From Sphaeroforma arctica JP610 (lineage: Eukaryota): DNA of 46,708 nt. The DNA lies in the NCBI RefSeq assembly GCF_001186125.1, contig NW_014040483.1:1-46708 (forward strand), written 5' to 3'. Position numbers and translations under genes: made by a program. Positions within the stretch are counted from its first letter, which is position 1, and each line of letters opens with the position of its first letter. Shown here piece by piece: positions 27,001-39,213 of this stretch. Below the pieces are notes generated by a model, which did not search any database, was not told the origin of the DNA, and saw only the letters and a program-made list of their open reading frames with translations.

Positions 27001-29947
27001 AGAACAGCTTGTGAGGAGTGTGCAGAAGACAGAGCCTATCTCTACATTCTAACAATACGAAAATAACAAAAGCGGTCGATACAATACAGGCTCGTGTGTT
27101 TGCGAGAAGCGCCGATGACAAATCAACGAGATTTAAATCCACCAGTTGCATTGCCGATATCATGTGTATCAAGCCGTTGGACGCACTGTGTATATACTAT
27201 TCTCGCGTACCCTACAAAAACCAAAAAACGCCCCATTGACTTTTTGAGTATGCCGGCATAGTAACACACCTTCTTCCTCTGAGCATCAGCCTTCTGCCTC
27301 GCCTTTTTCTCGGCTTTCTTATGTGCCTTAGTCTTCACCCCACTACCCCCTTCCTCTTGGTCGTCACCCCCATCGTTCCCTGTCCCAGGCTTCACTGCCG
27401 CAGGTTCTGAATATAATTGAACATCCAAAGATGGCATAATAATTAATGTCAACTACAAAGCACATAAACTGATTTTGATAATGAAAGAGAATCTGCTCGG
27501 CTATTGCGAAGCACGCGGTCTGACTCGATACCAAGGCCAGATACCTATACTATCATTTAGGATAAAAGGGTTGAACATTAGTTCCAACCAGCATCAAAGA
27601 GAGGGATGGCATACGCAGTCACGATACGAGCAGTGGTGCAGGCCTGACAATACTTGATAAGCATCGTATACAGTTACGCGCAGTAAAAAAAACACCCACA
27701 GGAAGAAACACAGTATCTCTCATGGGAGTCAAGGTGCAGAAGCAGGTGGCGCTCATCACCGCGGAATGAGATATACATTCGATCCCACATTCACACATCT
27801 GATAGGACTCGACGTGAACAATAGATCTATAGGAAGGTTTCTTTAAAAAGAAAACAAACATACGCGCTGGAATGGAAAAAGTAAACTGTGTAGATTGATT
27901 TATAGGTGACTGGCGCAACACATACCTGCGGCAGGGGCAGCTTCCCCATCACTGGCGCCTTCGCCTGTGAGTGCGGCCAGAAGCTTCTCGAGATCTTCGT
28001 CTTCCTGTTTGTTCTGCTTCTTCTTTTTCTTCTTGTCCTTCTTGGACTTTGGCGCAGCCTATTGAGAGTTCAAACCAAAGTGCACAGTTCACGTTTGAAC
28101 AATATATTAGGGTGTGACAGATGAAAGCATAGTGGTGGTGCAATAATACCGTCGTACGAGAAGAGCTGTGCCAAATGGTAAACATTCAAGCACGATTACA
28201 AGGGTGATGTAGAGATATATAGTACTATAGAGATAGACGCTGAATCTACGAAACATATGTGTATCTTAAGACTATCTTGGCGTGATCACATGTAATATAC
28301 CGTCAAATGGCGAGGAGTCTAGGGGTGCATCATCTATGTTTCGCACTCTATCCATGAAGACACTACGCACAGCTATGACTAACTCGCACTCGATTTCATC
28401 AATTTTTTTGTCCAAATCATTAGGAAATTGGGGCAATGCTTCTCACTTGGCATGCTCAATAGTCATTGTAACCCACGCCAGGCCGAAGAACATGCAGACA
28501 CACCACCATATATCAACCATAAGTCACGAACATATAAATCTGATCCAGAACTATACCTACATACCATAAAATATGAAGTATCCTCGCTATCGAACGAAGC
28601 AACGGGTGTCTCAAGAGGCATCAACAACTCTTGCGCAAGTGCTTACAGACATACATTCCCATACCCACACAAATCTCACCAGCAAAGCTACCCAGCCAGG
28701 GGTACATCACAGATAAAACAACCCTGACACATATACCTACGTACCTTGACATATTCATCGTCCTCGCTATCGAACGAAGCCACGGGTGCTTCCTTAGGCA
28801 TCACCGGCTCTGGCGCAGCAGGTGCCTCGCCTTCACTGGGAGGGTCTTGCGCCTTGGCGGATTCGTTGCCCGAGTCTACATCTTCATCCATGCCAGCGTT
28901 GAGCATGGAAAATGCATTGACAGGCTCGTTTTTGGCTTTCTTGCCTTTCTTCTTGTTCTTCTTCGATGGTGCCGCTACATTAAAGGCGATGATTCAAGAA
29001 TTTTAGGGTTAGATGTTTGGGCATTAGTGGTTTTCTAGTTAAACACGTCTTGGCTGTGATGCAGTAGCAGGATTTCTGAATTTAAGTTATGGGGCTAAAG
29101 CTTGTACCAAATAAACCAGTCGGTAAATGCAGAATACATAACACCCCGGCACCTACAGTTATCAATTATGTTGTGTCTTAACATTTTAGGCCATTTGGGT
29201 ATTGACCTGCTTTGCAACAATATGTTGTGTTTTCTCGATATACAAAAAGTCGTTATAAACTGTAAACGCACGTTGCTACCGGCATAGCGGGTTGAACTTT
29301 TGAAGGAACATGCAGCAGCGAAGATACGCAAGAAAGAAGTGATCAATTAACGTATGCGCCAGGCATAAGTAATAGACAGGCGATGGATATATCTCAGTAA
29401 TCGATAGGCTATGGTTATATCTCTGACCAGAGTTTACTCTCTGGTATTCATGGAACGATTTGCTAAATAGAAGTGTACTCGTGGATGAGAGGGTACAGTC
29501 TACCGTGCTAGGTGCAGACAAACATACCAGCTACGGGTGCAGGGGCGGCATCGTCATTGTCACTAACCTCTACAATTGGCAGACCATCGGGACCTATTTT
29601 CGCACCAAGGACTTCGCTCTCCCTGTACACAGTAGTAGAGGAGTGAGTGGGTTTCAGAAATATTTCACTAAGCGGTTAGATTCGTATATACTATCTGCAA
29701 GTGTGGGGGTTCAAAAGGAAATGCCTGAAGGCAAAATTGCACACGAGAGTTTGTTTAGAAACCTTATAATGAAGAAAACAACACGAGAATCAGATCGACC
29801 GAGAAAAACACACGTACGACTCTATTTGGGAACGATACTGCGAAGGAGATGACATCAGGAGGAGGAAGTTGCACACCCAGTATGTACGTGTCTTGCCACA
29901 TGCTGATTTATCATAGATATGAATATGAATATGATAATAAGTATATA

Positions 29948-29978
<31 letters not shown>

Positions 29979-30817
29979 TATATATTATGTCTCTATATAG
30001 ANATATAGTAAACTATTATATATATATATATATATACTTACTATAGTATATATATATAATAATAATAATAACTTACTACTTAGTATAGTATATTATACAT
30101 TATATATACCATAATANNNNNNNNNNNNNNNNNNNNNNNNNNNNNNNNNNNNNNNNNNNNNNNNNNNNNNNNNNNNNNNNNNNNNNNNNNNNNNNNNNNN
30201 NNNNNNNNNNNNNNNNNNNNNNNNNNNNNNNNNNNNNNNNNNNNNNNNNNNNNNNNNNNNNNNNNNNNNNNNNNNNNNNNNNNNNNNNNNNNNNNNNNNN
30301 NNNNNNNNNNNNNNNNNNNNNNNNNNNNNNNNNNNNNNNNNNNNNNNNNNNNNNNNNNNNNNNNNNNNNNNNNNNNNNNNNNNNNNNNNNNNNNNNNNNN
30401 NNNNNNNNNNNNNNNNNNNNNNNNNNNNNNNNNNNNNNNNNNNNNNNNNNNNNNNNNNNNNNNNNNNNNNNNNNNNNNNNNNNNNNNNNNNNNNNNNNNN
30501 NNNNNNNNNNNNNNNNNNNNNNNNNNNNNNNNNNNNNNNNNNNNNNNNNNNNNNNNNNNNNNNNNNNNNNNNNNNNNNNNNNNNNNNNNNNNNNNNNNNN
30601 NNNNNNNNNNNNNNNNNNNNNNNNNNNNNNNNNNNNNNNNNNNNNNNNNNNNNNNNNNNNNNNNNNNNNNNNNNNNNNNNNNNNNNNNNNNNNNNNNNNN
30701 NNNNNNNNNNNNNNNNNNNNNNNNNNNNNNNNNNNNNNNNNNNNNNNNNNNNNNNNNNNNNNNNNNNNNNNNNNNNNNNNNNNTAGATAGATAGATAGAT
30801 AGATAGATAGTATAGAT

Positions 30818-30864
<47 letters not shown>

Positions 30865-30986
30865 CACATATTTATTTATATGAACAAACTATGAACAAAC
30901 GATATTTACACACCTACATATACATCATATAATACACACCAGTCATCGTCGTCCTGACGTTTCTTCCCCTTTTTCTTTGGCGCCAT
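15693..30986 (-). CDS. EIF5B: Eukaryotic translation initiation factor 5B (IF2 family GTPase), >20 exons, some lost in N-gaps
   Basis: Start [16 protein letters not shown] (30986-30940). Charged N-terminal exons 28974-28745, 28058-27926, 27406-27270, 26784-26603, 25986-25839, 25591-25495, 24874-24671, 24059-23962, 23613-23495. G-domain exons 23225-23039 ([17 protein letters not shown]), 21883-21661 ([13 protein letters not shown]...DTPGHESF), 20743-20628 (LNKID), 20248-20156, 19603-19476 ([10 protein letters not shown]). Downstream exons 19089-18921, 17760-17611 (YAVILAFDV...IIYHLFD), 17135-17063, 16796-16636, 16367-16204, 15735-15693 ([12 protein letters not shown]). Exons are missing in gaps 18042-18764 and probably 30117-30783. 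Confidence 0.96.
15753..15988. repeat. Intronic minisatellite, 28-bp unit x ~8 (last eIF5B intron)
   Basis: Unit gttcatggtatggtatatgagtgtattg. Confidence 0.92.
20778..21249. repeat. Intronic minisatellite, ~73-bp unit x ~6.5 (eIF5B intron)
   Basis: Unit atgaggccaggcgtgactattgaacgtacaagaagggctgcagatgcacacagctacaggtgtaagtatcata; one copy has an internal deletion. Confidence 0.92.
22340..22890. repeat. Intronic minisatellite, 27-bp unit x ~20 (eIF5B intron)
   Basis: Unit cgtagacagccatgacactgaacaata. It produces the spurious [15 protein letters not shown] ORFs. Confidence 0.95.
24861..25191. repeat. 66-bp tandem repeat x5 spanning an eIF5B intron/exon boundary
   Basis: Unit cttttgctcaggctctgcgtggtgaattcacatatgtagttataaataaagcacgcgtaaatgagt; it includes the acceptor CAG and the first 14 nt of exon 24874-24671. 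Confidence 0.93.
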
Positions 30987-31642
30987 GTTGTGTGATTGAG
31001 TTAAAGCTACTTTAATTTCAGTGCGTAAACTGTGTATAACGATATAAAGTCTAAAGTGCACAGATTTATTTAAAAGTAGTATATGATATAAACAGTGATT
31101 TCAGTAAGTATATATACATATATTTGAAAATATAATATTAATCGTTCTTTCTGTGTATTTAGATAGAACCACTCACATGGATCGTCCATCAAGTCATCAA
31201 TGACCTCCTGGCTCCTGCGGACCTGCGATCGCATCATATTCGATACATAAATAAATTATTACATATGCTGCAGAGTTTTTGATTGCCAGAATCAGGATCA
31301 CGAAATCTGGGCTCACCAGAAATTAGGATTTTGAAATTGATGACTGAACTGGTCCCATTTGAGTGCAGAATCGTATGCGAAAAGAAAAAACAGATTGTTT
31401 TTTGTTCAAAAAAAAACGTATACAAAGAAGAAACAGAATGGGTTTTTTTTTGTAAAATAAAATGACTCTAAAAGTGCCGGACAAATCTTCTGAAAGAATT
31501 TATTCAATCTGAAAGGTTTTAACGGGAAACGGCTTGCGGTCGAGGATGAGGTTTTAGAAAGTGGCCCGCCAAAAACATAAATACCAAACGTTTGCATCAC
31601 GTTTTCAATATGTGTATGTATGACTGTATTATGTGCAACAAA

Positions 31643-31969
31643 TGTAAAGACCCCGTAGGTCTGACACGAACGAGAGAAATATTTATTTTATTTGGGAGTC
31701 TAGGTTTATTATTATTCAGCTTGTTAGGTCGGTCGCAGTGTGTTACAGCGAAGAAGTGACACTGCGATCGACTTTCCTGGCTATTTATAGGCGGCAAGAG
31801 ACCAAGGGTGATCTCGTTGGTGCACACGAAAGTGGCGCGCCCAAATAGTCTAACGGTCCGCTCAGTCCTTGGTCGTCTTCAGGTTTATAGGGAAAAGGGG
31901 TTTTCCGCACACACAAAAGTAAGATGCGAAAAACCATCGTATAGTTTATCATGACGCGAGGGTCTTACA
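31643..31969 (-). mobile_element. LTR (327 bp), probably the 3' LTR of a decayed retrotransposon
   Basis: Termini TGTAAAGACCCCG...CGAGGGTCTTACA (TG...CA with an imperfect inverted repeat). On the minus strand there is TATAAATA followed by AATAAA, and a G-rich tract (ggatggggtgt) lies immediately 5'. Flanks acaaa/acacc do not match, so this is not a TSD-bounded solo LTR. Confidence 0.7.
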
Positions 31970-32113
31970 ACACCCCATCCGATCGGAAGGAGCACAATCG
32001 GATTAGGAACGCGAGGGTCAGAAAAGTAAAGTAGGAAGAAGAGCGAGGAGCCATAACACATGAACCATAAGCGGGTGGTCTCAAAATGTTAGCATTGGCG
32101 GGGAAGCGTGGCT

Positions 32114-32220
32114 TCAATCTTAGTACGCCAATCAAGGAGTTGAGAAGCGCGGTAAGCAGAGTTATTTCAATCTTAGTACGTCAATCAAGGAGTTGAGAAG
32201 CGCGGTAAACAGGGTTATTT
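32114..32220. repeat. ~53-bp tandem duplication
   Basis: caatcttagtacgYcaatcaaggagttgagaagcgcggtaa.cag.gttattt occurs twice. Confidence 0.85.
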
Positions 32221-32857
32221 TTCACAGCAGATTTGAAAGCCGTAAAACGCATAGGAGTAATGTAGAAATGCGGCCTCCGGTCAGTCTAAAATATCAAGAT
32301 CAAATGAGATAACACATTGGTTTTTATTTGTATTTAAAATAATTTAATGCAAGTTTTTTTTTCTCCAACATTTTCATAGTGTTCTAAATTCATTTTGATG
32401 GCTCCAATAGCCTGAGTATTTGGTATGACTCATTTACTTGGACCTATTTGAGACGATAGTAGATGTAGGATATTATAAGCTAAATTTGATCATCTCTGAA
32501 CTACTACTTACAGGTTTTGGTCTTCCCGCCAATCTCCAAAACCCAATAAGTCTTTTCTTTTTTTTACATTTCTTCAGATGGAACTTAATTTATATTAGCT
32601 AATGTATTAACTTGACTTACGTTCTTATGTCTATCTACAAATTAGACATGTGGTCATGAACACTTAGTACTTCTAGTGAAAATTATTCAATAAAGAACAG
32701 TTAGAAGTGCATCCTGTGTGATCGAGGATATTAAGGCTCTTACCAAGAGGCAGTCCCGATCATTCTTGCACAAGCTACCACTGCTAAATCCTAACTGACT
32801 TAAATTGTATCTTAGTTTATATAACATAGTTTAAAACATAGAAATATCCATCGAAGT

Positions 32858-33490
32858 TTACAGTAAGGTGCTGGCGTAGAAAAGCGTCATCGGCATCGCA
32901 AAAAAACAAAGCCAAATCATCACGGGTATATTTGTAATGGTCAGCAAGGGACTTATACTGCCGTAGAGCACCATTGAATTTGTATCGAAACAAAGTGGCG
33001 ACAGGCTAGTCTGCAAAGGCATTACCAAGCTGAGCTTTATCGTACTCGGGAGCATCCTTGAAAGGGCTGCAATAAAACAACTAATTAGTATAAATCGGAT
33101 TACTGCGATTTCCAGTAGCAGAGGCGGTTGGGGTAAGAACGATAGACACAATATTTTTTAGCAGTAGCTCGGTCCTAAATTGTATGCTTAACAGGGGGAT
33201 GGAGGGAAATAACAGTAGCTGGGCCACCTCATAGTACTCGATCAGAGGAAGAAGTAGTATTTAGTTAATATAACACAAGGTGTCCGATAGCAATCATTGC
33301 TGAGTCGTAGCGGTATTCATTAGCCTGAACCGTTTGAGAAACACGAGCCTTCCTGTTGCGTTCCCAAACGCGATTAGCATCATTCGGCTAAGGGATAAGT
33401 AAAATAAAGGGGATCTCTGATGGTCTATCTTCATTCAAAATCTCCTCAAGAGCATGTACGACGATTTGAGTGATGAAATTGGCGATCGGT
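32858..33490 (-). pseudogene. Decayed ORF of probable transposon origin
   Basis: One ~200-codon frame with scattered stops: IANFITQIVVHALEEILNEDRPSEIPFILLIP*PNDANRVWERNRK...FRYKFNGALRQYKSLADHYKY. Identity not established. Confidence 0.35.
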
Positions 33491-34661
33491 GATCAAAGTG
33501 TAGAATGAAACATTTGTAACTGTATTTATACTGAAATCGACATGACGGCAAACTTCCAACTTTCTAAGTCTCATGTGGTCTGATAGTAATAGCGGTTAAT
33601 GCACACCATGTATATATTAATGAGCTTCTCCAAAAGATCATTGTGGCAGTGGCCACCAGTAGAAACAATATGGCACTTAGTGCCTTGTGTATTCGTATTC
33701 CAGCTCTGTGTATATATGTAGTACGTTTAGCGTTTGTGTAAACGCTAAGTCAACCTTTGGTGCCTTTTGTATTTTATTGTCTACGTAGTACAAATCACTG
33801 TGAAACAAATTGTGTAAACCACCTATATGTTCCTGTGGCCTTATGCCCGATACTGTGATTTACAAGTTCGAGAAGTGGATAACCTGTCGTGTACCACCGT
33901 TATATTACAACCAATGTATCTGTCTTTCTAAATCAGTGTGTGTAACGTTGTTAAGTGTATAGATCGATTTCGCTCGTATGTTGTGAATGAAATGAAATCG
34001 CTTTCGATTCATCAATCTCTAACGTTCCAACGATATATTATATGTATTATCCTATTGTCTTGCATTGTATTTGGCGTGTATACATACTTGGGAGTGTCTA
34101 TATAATTGTGAAATCTTTAAATCGATTTAAATTAATATTCGTAATGGTATAGTAATATAAATGTGTATTTGCTTTAATATCTGTCTACGTACGTCTCTAC
34201 CCCCATTCAAGTATTAAAACTATTATACCGTGTGAATGTGTATGACATATCGTGTTGTAGTAATTGAAATTCCACAAATTGTTGAATTAAATTCCTTGCA
34301 TGAACTTTTTATTGTTGTATGACGTCATATTCTAAGTATAGTGTTGTTATGCCTTGGAATCGGTATCCATGGTATAATATATGTCCATGGTATTGTGCAA
34401 CGTTAGATTTCGCTACTATCGTATCTGTTGTATCCTAATTGTCGTTGAATATGGATTATTATACTATGTAATTATATACTAACCTATGATCGCGATCAGT
34501 TGATCAATCACTGTCTATAATCGATGCCTATCTATTTGTCCTTCATCAACTATTGTTCTACCGTTATGTGTAATGTATTAGCGCCGTAAATCTATATCCT
34601 AATAACACCCATATTATATTTATTCGTACATTATGTTTTTTTTTGTCTTTTTTACATTAAA

Positions 34662-34691
34662 TGAGATCACATTCAATTGAATGTGATCTCA
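34662..34691. repeat. Perfect 30-bp palindrome
   Basis: tgagatcacattcaa|ttgaatgtgatctca. Confidence 0.9.
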
Positions 34692-35606
34692 ACATTTCGT
34701 GTAGACATGCGAGTGACTCTGTTGTGTTGTGTGTAGCGGAAGCCATGTATCTATAACGCACATGACCTCCTCTAATATATGTAAAAATTTGAGCGGTGCA
34801 GCATGTGTATTTGCTGAGATATCCTTGTTTTAGTTATGTGTTATATTTAGTTATTGCATGTTTACGAATGTTAGCGTTTATCTCAAAACGTATAATGTTC
34901 ATTAAAACATTAACGTTTTGTGAAAACGTTTATTGTTTTCTGAAAAAATTGAAAAGTTAGGCCTATTTCTAGGCTCCGTTATTTTGTGTTTATATACATA
35001 AACACCTATGACTAAAAGCGTAAAACGCATGCGATTAAAAGCATAACATTTATAAATGTTATCAATTGTTGTTCGTCTCTCGTCCGCCTATAGTGCGGGC
35101 GGTTACCGTTATGCTACAAAATGACTCTAATAACATTGTACTATCCTCTTTCTTCTATCATCACAGGGTTGACCGTGTGTGACACCTTTGTCTGTGACGC
35201 TCACCAACCCTGGGTATCAGTGACAACCCCCTGTTGTTCCTGACCATATCGTATTATACCATTAAACCTATTTACTATGGTCTGCTTTTGTTCTTAGTGA
35301 CTCAAAGTGTTATGTATGATATGCGCGTGGTGTGATGTCCTCATGAGCATACTTGAGATGGGCACGCTTTCCGTGACTCCGTCACAGCGCATTACATGTT
35401 CCGCCTGCCACACCAATAGGGTTTCGCATGTTCCTTCGTCTACGTAATAGTGTCTCAACTGTATCGCCTCCTGCGTAACACATCGCATATGTTCCGCCTG
35501 CTGCGTAATAATGTCGTACACGTTCCGCCGTCTACGTAATAGTATTATCCATGGTATCGTTGGGTACGTAATAATGTTATCCAAATCAACACCACTCATA
35601 GCGACT

Positions 35607-35912
35607 ATGCAACACGCTTGAGGCTGCGGGTTCCTACCGACTCTCAAGTGTTTGCGCAAAGTTCAATGCGGCGTGTCCTCAGGGCTGCTCACCTCTGAGT
35701 AAGAGTCAACAGGGTGCTTGCCTGTACTCTCAGCATCTAAATAACCATACCGGCTATTCTGTCAACTATGATATTGTCATGCAACACGCTAGTGAGGCTG
35801 CGGTTGCTCACCGACCTCAAAGTGCCTACGCAAAATTCAATGCACCGTGTTCTCTGGGTTGCTTGCCACTGAGTTAGAGTCAACAGGGTGCTCGCCTGTA
35901 CCCTAAGCATAT
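35607..35912. repeat. Diverged ~132-bp direct duplication
   Basis: 35607-35739 vs 35779-35912 (atgcaacacgct..gaggctgcgg...agagtcaacagggtgct.gcctgtac). Confidence 0.8.
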
Positions 35913-36408
35913 AGATATACTTGCCACTCACCACCACCGCTCGTGTTTAGCGACGTTTGGCGTCGTGTGTTTGTTTGTTTCTATGTCTGTTACATTAGCG
36001 TTGCACGTATATTATTATGACACTAGTGTAAGCCCTTGTATGTTTATATGTGCGTGTTGTCTTCGTATAGGGATAATCTTTGTATAGTGTATGATGTAGC
36101 AAAATATTTATATCATTTCCGATGTTGTCGAATATGTAGCAAATTGCTTATATCATTTCCGTTGTTGTCGAATATGTATCATGTTTATCTATCATAATGT
36201 ATGTAAGCAATGTGTCTTCTAATATTGATCTGTGGAGCTCGTGCATCATATATAGACTAATACAGGTATCTAGTCTATATATAACAGCTTTTATTAAAAG
36301 AATATTACTGCGCCAACATCGACTATCGGTTATATGAATGTGTTGTCATCACCCATGCACGCAGCAAGGTCGCAACCTCGGTCAGACATACCATCGACCC
36401 AGGCTGCT

Positions 36409-36681
36409 CTAACCTTGTACCAGGCGTTGTTGCCGTCGACTCTCACGCGTTTGAATACGTTTGCGATATGCGGGCACGACGTTGAGGTCATCGAAGGCAT
36501 CGGCTGTCACCCATGTAGGAGATCCTTCCAACCAGTGTACCAAATATTCCGACTGTTGAGTCGCCTCAATATGACGGTGCGATATGATATGTCGAAATGT
36601 CGACCCGCCCTCTCTCCATAGAGATTCATCAAGTGGTGGTTCCGTAGCCCGATGTACAAGCCGAATAATCTCTACATCCAC
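36409..36681 (-). pseudogene. Chromodomain at the C-terminus of pol
   Basis: FRHIISHR...EYLVHWLEGSPTWV...AY matches the chromodomain pattern. Same frame as the integrase, separated by one stop. Confidence 0.8.
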
Positions 36682-36723
36682 GGGTCGGTCTCTGAGCTCA
36701 GGCAGCTTGCTGCCATCCTTTGC

Positions 36724-37851
36724 TCATAGATGGTTACTCTGATTTTCCCGACTATGAATCACGTACGGACCAAGCGGTGGTTTCATGGCTTTGGTCGTTG
36801 CTCCCTGAGCGAGTATCATGACGACGTCCCCCGTCTTAAATTCAATCAAATCAAATTTACGCATTTGATCCGTAGCCTCTGCCATGGCATCAGTATACTT
36901 AATCGTTCTCTGATGAAGTTTTGGTAGGATAGTCTTCTCCAAATCATCCAGCCTCTTTAACCATGCATCGTTCGTGGTAGGAATATGACCAGTTAAGTCA
37001 CCGGTCATGTTTGCAAACGGGACATGTCGTCGACCAAAATAAACGCTGAATGGTGCTGACTTGTGACGTCGTGATATCAGAAGGTTCTGGTATAACATAG
37101 TAAACGGTAGACATTCATCCCACAACTCCAGACAACCAGCACACAATGCGCGCACGCATTTGTGGATTTCCTTATGTCGGCGCTCCGCTGCGCCCAACGT
37201 CTGCGGGTGGTATGGTTGGGACGTCTTGTGTATAATGCCCAACGCTCGTGTGATGGATTTGACAATATTGTTTACAAATTTGGTGCCCTCGTCACTCTGA
37301 ATCTTAAGAGGGAATCCATGCTCACCAAACACTGACACTATCTCTGGCGCCACTGTCTTTTCATCCTTTGCAGGTGTTTCTCGTAGAATAGAGTAGCCCG
37401 ACGACACATCAAGCACATGTGAAATAGACTTGTTTCCTTTAGCGGATGTGACCGCCATAGGAATGAGATCTATTTGTATGTGATCCCAGGGATATCGAGC
37501 GGTAATATTCATTAAAGGATGAAAACCTTTCTTCATCGTATCGTTGCCCAAGCATGTGCGACATAACTTGCGGACTTCTTCTGTGATTGGAAGCATCTGG
37601 TCCCACTTATGTACATCGTCGCGCATCTGTTGCACTGTCACTGCTGGGGCCGGATGTCCTTGTTCATGAAATTGCCATGTCAACTGTACACGACGGTTCG
37701 CTTCCTCGTGCCCTGGATGATTCATCACTGTAGCACCCGCACATATCTCAGGAATTCGTACAGCGATCTGTCGCATTCGTTTCGACATCACCGGTTGTGC
37801 CCAATCTTCCTGATAATGTGTACCAGCGTCCTTACACACAGGTACCTCCAA
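36724..37851 (-). pseudogene. Retroviral-type integrase (HHCC, DDE, GPY/F)
   Basis: FHEQGH...CRTC zinc finger; PWDHIQID, KIQSDEG and YHPQTLGAAERRH (D-D-E); PLGPYVI. Confidence 0.95.
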
Positions 37852-37860
37852 GCCTAAGTC

Positions 37861-38298
37861 TCACCAAAATGATGAATTGACTTTGTACCCAGATGGAGGG
37901 CCAATACGTACCACGATGGTATGCTCCCACGGGTATTTACCACAAGCCTGTGAGCCGTGCTTCAAGAATGTGTGAGCAGTACGTGGGATAAGTAGCGTGT
38001 CTGCTTGCATCATCGATGGAAGTAAAAGGAACCATGGCGCACGTGTGTTCAACGTTAAAAATATTGTTGCCGACGCCTTGTCCTTCAACACCTTACGTAA
38101 CACCTTATGTATAAGACGCCACAAGGGCATCCATGCGTTGTATTTACTCCAGTCAAACTTAAACACCCCGCCAACTTTGTCGTACGATCAGTATTGGCGA
38201 AGCTGAGTGTTATGACTCGAGGCAAAAGCGTCGACGTCGTTTGGTCCAAAGTGCTTCTGGATGTGGTCAAAGAAATCCGGAAACAACTTCCAACATGA
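37861..38298 (-). pseudogene. DIRS-type Dam-like (N6-adenine) DNA methyltransferase domain
   Basis: Extending the listed 101-aa ORF upstream in the same frame gives CWKLFPDFFDHIQKHFGPNDVDAFASSHNTQLRQY*SYDKVGGVFKFDWSKYNAWMPLWRLIHKVLRKVLKDKASATIFLTLNTRAPWF. This fits the DIRS MT pattern W.L....F..I...GP..VDLFAS..N...Y.S...F..DW...W.NPPW.LI.KVL.K...D.A.....P.W...PW. Confidence 0.8.
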
Positions 38299-38299
38299 A

Positions 38300-38757
38300 G
38301 TATAGAACACCGCGGGGGTAGTTGATAGCCGCCGTACCCTCATGAACACGACTCCACGTGTCTGGCAACTTGCTCAGTTTTCCAGGTACATGTGTAATAG
38401 TAAAATTGAATTGTGCAATAATATGATGCCATCGCTGCAACATGCTATTCAGCTTCAGCTGAGTGTTCATGTATATGAGAGCCTTATGGTCGGTGTGTAC
38501 AGTAAACCGATGTCCAATGATATGATCATGAAAGTGAACCAAAGCATAGGTAAGTGCTAATAATTCTTTCATCGGGGTTGCATATGTCTGCTGTGCGTTG
38601 AAGAGAGTTCTCGAGAAGAACATCAGGTAATGTTTGCGCCCGTCAATCAATTGAAACAATGCGCCACCAATTCCATAGTCGCTTGCATCCGTCTCTAACT
38701 CAAGTGGTACACCATCAACAGGAAAGTTCAACCTGACTGCCGACACGACAGCCTCTT
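38300..38757 (-). pseudogene. RNase H of Ty3/Gypsy pol
   Basis: LETDASDYGIGGALFQ...FFSRTL...QTYATPMKELLAL...FTVHTDHKAL...WHHIIAQFNFTITHVPGK...PDTWSR. Confidence 0.95.
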
Positions 38758-39213
38758 TGTTACCGTGCGGTGTGGGGGACTAATAGTAAAGTGCTAGTGT
38801 ATCTAAAGTATGGTGCGTTCGAATGAAATTATTTATGATCTCACCCTCAGTTATATACTGATGATGTTTGCACTAGTGTTCAACCACTTGGGCTGGCCAG
38901 GGTAAAAACTCGTATGATCAGTATGAGAAACCCTATGCAGAACACTTTAGCACTCGTATATATTTTCTTGAAATAAATATATCATATTCTCTGTTACTAC
39001 ACTCAGTCTCGGACCTCGGCTCTCGGCTAGCCGGTGGCCCGTATTCTATAAATAGAATAATCTGAGAAGAAGTCTCAAATTACTCTTACGTTCTCTCGGG
39101 CTGACCCACCTATACTTATATTAATTGGAGAACAAGTCCCAAATTACTCTCGGGCTGACGACGTAAAACGTTATTAACGTATATAGAAATACGTCTACTA
39201 CTGTAGTCTCTCA
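38758..39213. mobile_element. Solo LTR (456 bp) inserted into pol, 5-bp TSD CTCTT
   Basis: TG...CA termini, with ctctt at 38753-38757 and 39214-39218. Removing it restores the frame WDQIKE|AVVSAVRLNFP. Confidence 0.88.
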
